Source of the DNA: Chloroflexota bacterium
GTDB taxonomy: Bacteria; Chloroflexota; Limnocylindria; Limnocylindrales; CSP1-4
Direction: 5' to 3'
Length of the DNA stretch: 64,000 nucleotides
Assembly: GCA_040752335.1 (NCBI GenBank)
Contig: JBFMEV010000007.1
Span: forward strand, 44,147 to 108,146
Within the stretch, counting starts at the first letter, position 1. The number at the start of each line of letters is the position of its first letter. Positions 60,241-64,000 of the stretch are shown here, one piece after another. The position numbers and the translations under genes are program-made. The notes under the pieces are model-generated. The model did not search any database. It worked only from the letters and a program-made list of their open reading frames with translations, and was not told the origin of the DNA.

Positions 60241-61140
60241 CTAGCGCGGCGCGTCACGGCCCTCGAGGAGGACTCCGACCACCTCGGCCAGGTTCGCGCC
60301 GATGGCCTGGGGCCGGCTGTGACCGTTCAGCCGGCCGGCCGCTGCCGCTGCCTCGACCGCTGCGCGGTCGGTCTTGCCGGTCAGAACGAGGAGCCCGCGA
60401 AGGCCGACCCGATGGGCGCCGGCGACATCGGAGCCGAGGTCGTCGCCGATCATCGCGACCTCGCCGGCGCGGAGGCGCGAGCCGCCGGCCGCCCGGACCT
60501 CGGCGGCGAGCTCGCGGAACGCCTCGCGGAAGGCGACCGGCGACGGCTTGCCGGCAACGGTGGCCCGGCGCCCGAGCGCCGCCTCCAGGCCCACCACCAC
60601 GGCCCCGGCATCCAGGGTCACGCCCCGTGGCGTGATCCACCACAGGTTGCGGTGCATGGCCACGAAGTCGGCGCCGCCACGAAGGCGACGGAAGGCGATG
60701 TCCAGGTTCCGGAACGACAGCTCGTCGCCCGCGTCGCCGATGACGACGGCCGCGACCGGCGTCGCCGGATCGTCGGCCTGCGCGGGGGTCACGAGACGCT
60801 GCCCGGCCCACTCCCGGCGGGCGTCGTCGGAGGCGAAGACCAGGAGCGGCTCGCCGGGATGGTGGAGCGCGGTCCAGGCGGCGGCGGCCGAGGCGGCGGT
60901 GATGATCGTGGATGGCTCGACCGGCCGGCCGAACTGGCGCGAGACGCCGGCGGCGAGCGTCTCGCGGTGGGCCAGCGAGAAGTTGGTCACGACCCGGTAC
61001 GGAATGCCGGCTGCCTCCAGCCGGGCCAGCGCATCGACGCTGCCGGGCAGCGGCTGGCCGGCGTACAGGAGGACGCCGTCGGCGTCGAGGACGAGCGCTC
61101 GAACGCCACGCAGCGCGGCGGCGAGCTCGGTCGTGGCCAT
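60241..61140 (-). CDS. HAD-IIA (NagD-like) phosphatase family protein
   Basis: LVLDADGVL motif I, VTNFS motif II and GDDLGSDV motif IV. 299 aa from ATG 61140. Confidence 0.8.
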   Translation of the reverse strand: MATTELAAALRGVRALVLDADGVLLYAGQPLPGSVDALARLEAAGIPYRVVTNFSLAHRETLAAGVSRQFGRPVEPSTIITAASAAAAWTALHHPGEPLLVFASDDARREWAGQRLVTPAQADDPATPVAAVVIGDAGDELSFRNLDIAFRRLRGGADFVAMHRNLWWITPRGVTLDAGAVVVGLEAALGRRATVAGKPSPVAFREAFRELAAEVRAAGGSRLRAGEVAMIGDDLGSDVAGAHRVGLRGLLVLTGKTDRAAVEAAAAAGRLNGHSRPQAIGANLAEVVGVLLEGRDAPR

Positions 61141-61191
61141 CGAGGCGATGGTAGTCTCGGCGCGGGGACGGCGGTGGCAGGAGGCGACGCG

Positions 61192-61974
61192 ATGGGACTC
61201 CTCGACGGCAAGAAGGCGCTCATCTTCGGCGTGGCCAACGACCACTCGATCGCCTGGGGCATCGCCCGGGCGCTCCACGAGGCCGGCGCAACGGTCGGCT
61301 TCTCGTCCGTCGAGAGCCTCATCGAGAAGCGAGTTCGGCCGCTCGCGGCGTCGATCGGGTCGGACTTCGTGGAGCCCTGCGACGTCCAGTCGGACGACCA
61401 GATCCGGGCGGTGATGGCACGCTGGCGCACGGCCCACGGCGAGCTCGACATCCTCGTCCACGCCCTCGCCTTCGCCAAGCGTGAGGACCTCGACGGCGCC
61501 TTCGTCGACACCTCCCGGGACGGCTTCGCCCTGGCCCTCGATGTCAGCGCCTACTCGCTGGTCGCTCTCGTCCGCGAGGCCCGTCCGCTCCTCCATCACG
61601 GATCGAGCGTCCTGACCCTGAGCTACTACGGGGCAGAGAAGGTCGTCGCCCACTACAACGTCATGGGCGTCGCGAAGGCCGCCCTGGAGGCCTCGGTCCG
61701 CTACCTCGCCGCCGACCTGGGCCCGGACGGGGTCCGGGTCAACGCCATCTCGGCCGGGCCGGTGCGGACCCTCGCCGCGGCCGGTATCGCCGGCTTCAAG
61801 AAGCTCTACGGCTCGTTCGCGGAGGTCGCGCCGCTGCGCTCCAACATCACCCCCCAGGACGTCGGCAACACCGCCCTGTGGCTGGTCTCCGACCTCGCCT
61901 CGGCAATCACCGGCGAGGTGGTCTACGTCGACGGCGGCTTCAACGTCATGGGCGTGCCGCTGGCCGAGGCCTGA
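61192..61974 (+). CDS. fabI: Enoyl-[acyl-carrier-protein] reductase (NADH), FabI
   Basis: LLDGKKALIFGVANDHSIAWGIA, the Y-x6-K region YNVMGVAKAALE and SAGPVRT. GGAGG Shine-Dalgarno. Confidence 0.9.
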   Translation: MGLLDGKKALIFGVANDHSIAWGIARALHEAGATVGFSSVESLIEKRVRPLAASIGSDFVEPCDVQSDDQIRAVMARWRTAHGELDILVHALAFAKREDLDGAFVDTSRDGFALALDVSAYSLVALVREARPLLHHGSSVLTLSYYGAEKVVAHYNVMGVAKAALEASVRYLAADLGPDGVRVNAISAGPVRTLAAAGIAGFKKLYGSFAEVAPLRSNITPQDVGNTALWLVSDLASAITGEVVYVDGGFNVMGVPLAEA

Positions 61975-62102
61975 GCCGGCGCCGATTCCTGGTGTCGGGG
62001 TGCACCGAACACGCACCCGACCGGGTCGAAGTTTCGGGCTTCCGCATCGAGCTGGGGCCGCGTATAGTTGTCGGGCCGACGTGCTCCGTCGGGGGAATGA
62101 TC

Positions 62103-62165
62103 CGACCCGGGATGGGCTTCTTCCATTCCGGGTCGCTCAGTGTCCAGGGACTGGATCGGTCCCTG
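62103..62165. terminator. Two hairpins between convergent fabI and lipoprotein genes
   Basis: CGACCCGGGATGG-N7-CCATTCCGGGTCG (62103-62135; 13 bp with one G-U pair) and CAGGGAC-N7-GTCCCTG (62145-62165). Confidence 0.4.
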
Positions 62166-62178
62166 CTGCCCTTGGATC

Positions 62179-63330
62179 TCACTCCCCGTAGTGAAACGTC
62201 GCCAGGAACTCGTCAAGGAATTCGGCGTCGTCCTGCTCGAGCTCCGGGAGCGTGTAGAGCGTCACCTCCCAACCGACGTTCTCGTGCATCGCCACGACGT
62301 CGTAGGCGACGCCGGCCGAGCCGTCGTCGTACGTGAACTCGAACCGGGCGAGGTAGGCGGGCTCCCCAGCGAGCGAGGTCTCGATCGTCGCGGTGGGCTG
62401 ACCCCACGACTCATCGGTGATCGCCAGGATCTCGGCGAGGAAGCCGTCGACGTTGAGACCTGTGGCCTCCGGCCAGGACACGACGTTCAGCCATTCCTCG
62501 CCGTCCTTGATGTAGGCGTCGTACTCCTCGCGGTTCTCGACGGTGAACCCCGCCGGATGGGCGGCGGCGTAACCGAGCGGACTCTCATACATCGCCCAGA
62601 CGTCGCTGGGTGCCGAGATCCTGACCACCGAGCCGACATCCACGAAGGTGAGGTCCATCACGAATTCGACGGCGATCTGCTGACCGTTGATCGCTTGGGT
62701 CCATGAGCCCTCGACGGCGAAGATCGCCGGCGTCCCGTCGGCCGCGACGTAGAACTCCATCGTCACGATCGGGTCGGTGTAGGTCGAGGCGTCGAGGCCC
62801 ATGGCCCCGGGCGGAACCGGGTCGCCACCGGCGCTCAGGTGGTGGAGCTGCTGGCCGTTCTTCGTCACGACCCCGAGGTCCTCCAGATCGGACAGGGTCT
62901 GGAGGTACTCGCCGAGGCTGTCCTCGTCAGCGCCACTGGCCTCAGGCTGGACCTCGAGCCACGGCCCGGGTGCGGTCCGGGTGTAGGTCCGCCCATTGGC
63001 GGTGATCGTCTCCGACTCGGTAGTCGTGCCGCCGAACGTGATTTCCATGAGCGTTCGCGAGTCCGCGCCGGACCCGCTCATCTCGCCGCTGATCGTGGCC
63101 GTCACGCCCAGCTCCATCGTGCCGGCGAGCTCGATCCGGCCCGAGAAGTCCTCGTCCTGGACGACCTCCAGGAACGCCGCCACGACGTCGAACGGCGTCG
63201 CGCTCGGGGTCGGCTCCGGGGTAGGGGTCGGGCTGGGGGCGACCGACGCGCTGCCGCCACACGCGGCGACGAGCAGGGCGACGGCGAGGGCGTTGAGCAG
63301 CCCGGTGCGGCAGTGGTGTCGCGCTGTCAT
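62179..63330 (-). CDS. Putative lipoprotein, unknown function
   Basis: Lipobox LLVAAC after a basic n-region, Pro/Thr/Ser linker, and a 383-aa acidic mature domain. GGGAGAG Shine-Dalgarno. Confidence 0.7.
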   Translation of the reverse strand: MTARHHCRTGLLNALAVALLVAACGGSASVAPSPTPTPEPTPSATPFDVVAAFLEVVQDEDFSGRIELAGTMELGVTATISGEMSGSGADSRTLMEITFGGTTTESETITANGRTYTRTAPGPWLEVQPEASGADEDSLGEYLQTLSDLEDLGVVTKNGQQLHHLSAGGDPVPPGAMGLDASTYTDPIVTMEFYVAADGTPAIFAVEGSWTQAINGQQIAVEFVMDLTFVDVGSVVRISAPSDVWAMYESPLGYAAAHPAGFTVENREEYDAYIKDGEEWLNVVSWPEATGLNVDGFLAEILAITDESWGQPTATIETSLAGEPAYLARFEFTYDDGSAGVAYDVVAMHENVGWEVTLYTLPELEQDDAEFLDEFLATFHYGE

Positions 63331-63462
63331 CAGCTCTCCCTGGTCTCGGTCGCCGTAACCCGGCTGGCCCCTCGAACGTGGATCTTCGAAATGATGACGC
63401 CGGACGGCAAGGGCCGTTACGCCCGTACCCTCCCGTGACACCACCCGTGTCACCAGGGCGTG

Positions 63463-64000
63463 TCAGGCGGCGACCACCTGGTCCCGGCCGCCCGACTTGG
63501 CCATCGCCAGGCCCACGTCCGCGACTTCCACCATGACGTCCAGGCCGGCCACGCTCGGGTCCAGGCCGGCGCACCCGGCCGAGACCGTCGCCCGCACGGC
63601 CGTGCCACCGGCGATCGGGATGTCGAGCTCGCGGAAGGCGATCCGGATTTCCTCGGCCGCCCGCACGGCATCGTCGCGCGACGCGCCGTCGAGGACGACG
63701 AGGAACTCCTCGCCGCCGTAGCGGGCGACCAGGTCCGACGCCCGGAAGCGGGCCGACAGGAGGCCGGCGAACGCCCGCAGGACGGCGTCGCCGGCGACGT
63801 GGCCGTGGCGGTTGTTGAAGTCCCCGAAATGGTCGAGATCGAACATGATCGCCGCGATCGGTCGCCGCTCGTCGGGCGCCTGGCGGTCCCTGGCCGCGCT
63901 CATCCGGGTCAGGGCGTCATCGAGGAGGCGGCGATTGTGGAGCCCGGTGAGCGGGTCACGGATCGCGGCCTCGCGGGTCGCGGCGTGGAGGTCGGCATTG
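63463..64000 (-). CDS. GGDEF-domain diguanylate cyclase, C-terminal part; 5' end outside window
   Basis: DPLTGLHNRR upstream of the listed ATG in the same open frame. Also FDLDHFGDFNNRHGH and the RYGGEEF active site. Confidence 0.85.
   Translation of the reverse strand, partial: NADLHAATREAAIRDPLTGLHNRRLLDDALTRMSAARDRQAPDERRPIAAIMFDLDHFGDFNNRHGHVAGDAVLRAFAGLLSARFRASDLVARYGGEEFLVVLDGASRDDAVRAAEEIRIAFRELDIPIAGGTAVRATVSAGCAGLDPSVAGLDVMVEVADVGLAMAKSGGRDQVVAA

Overview
This is a 64-kb, very GC-rich (roughly 70% by eye), gene-dense chromosomal segment with an actinobacterium-like gene set: an Eis-type GNAT, a TetR/MMPL pair, a NarL-type regulator with a GAF kinase and a USP, many 4-nt ATGA/GTGA start-stop overlaps, and several -10 boxes placed for leaderless mRNAs. 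I support about 58 CDS. All family calls come from motif recognition in the supplied translations; no database search was run. I recognised no rRNA, tRNA, CRISPR array, transposase or prophage. The only mobile element is a 360-aa LAGLIDADG intein inside sufB.

Contents, left to right:
- penicillin-acylase 3' end
- sufB(intein)-sufD-Rieske operon, with a divergent WYL/YafY regulator
- Eis-like GNAT, NUDIX, YcaQ/AlkZ-like glycosylase, OsmC
- ABC-2 exporter
- TetR-phosphotriesterase-like operon, divergent from an MMPL transporter
- class-III aminotransferase
- ArsR-DsrE-TusA-DsrE-TusA-SQR sulfur-trafficking operon
- hypC-eamA-hypothetical operon
- four-subunit 2-oxoacid:ferredoxin oxidoreductase (delta-alpha-beta-gamma)
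- ECF sigma/anti-sigma pair
- split nifJ-type PFOR with an embedded CBS-pair gene and a tightly following Lon-like protease
- GH13 alpha-glucosidase
- group-3b-like [NiFe]-hydrogenase operon (cNMP-binding protein, fused beta-gamma diaphorase, small and large subunits, protease)
- YceI, CoA-transferases
- GAF-kinase/NarL regulator divergent from a USP
- amine oxidase, GabT and ALDH (amine/GABA catabolism)
- several uncharacterised membrane proteins
- anchored cupredoxin, FabI, a lipoprotein and a GGDEF 3' fragment

Most interesting points:
1. The PFOR-CBS-PFOR-Lon operon.
2. The hydrogenase operon, with a beta-gamma fusion and a cNMP-domain first gene.
3. The single-Cys ArsR controlling a DsrE/TusA/SQR operon behind an 18-bp perfect palindrome.
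4. Several unexplained noncoding structures: a 14-bp x 8 tandem repeat, three ACGATC-N3-GATCGT sites in a 545-bp gap, and an orphan terminator-like hairpin upstream of yceI.

Together, positions 25.5-50 kb look like a low-oxygen/reductive-metabolism island. I cannot show that any of this is truly undescribed without database comparison.
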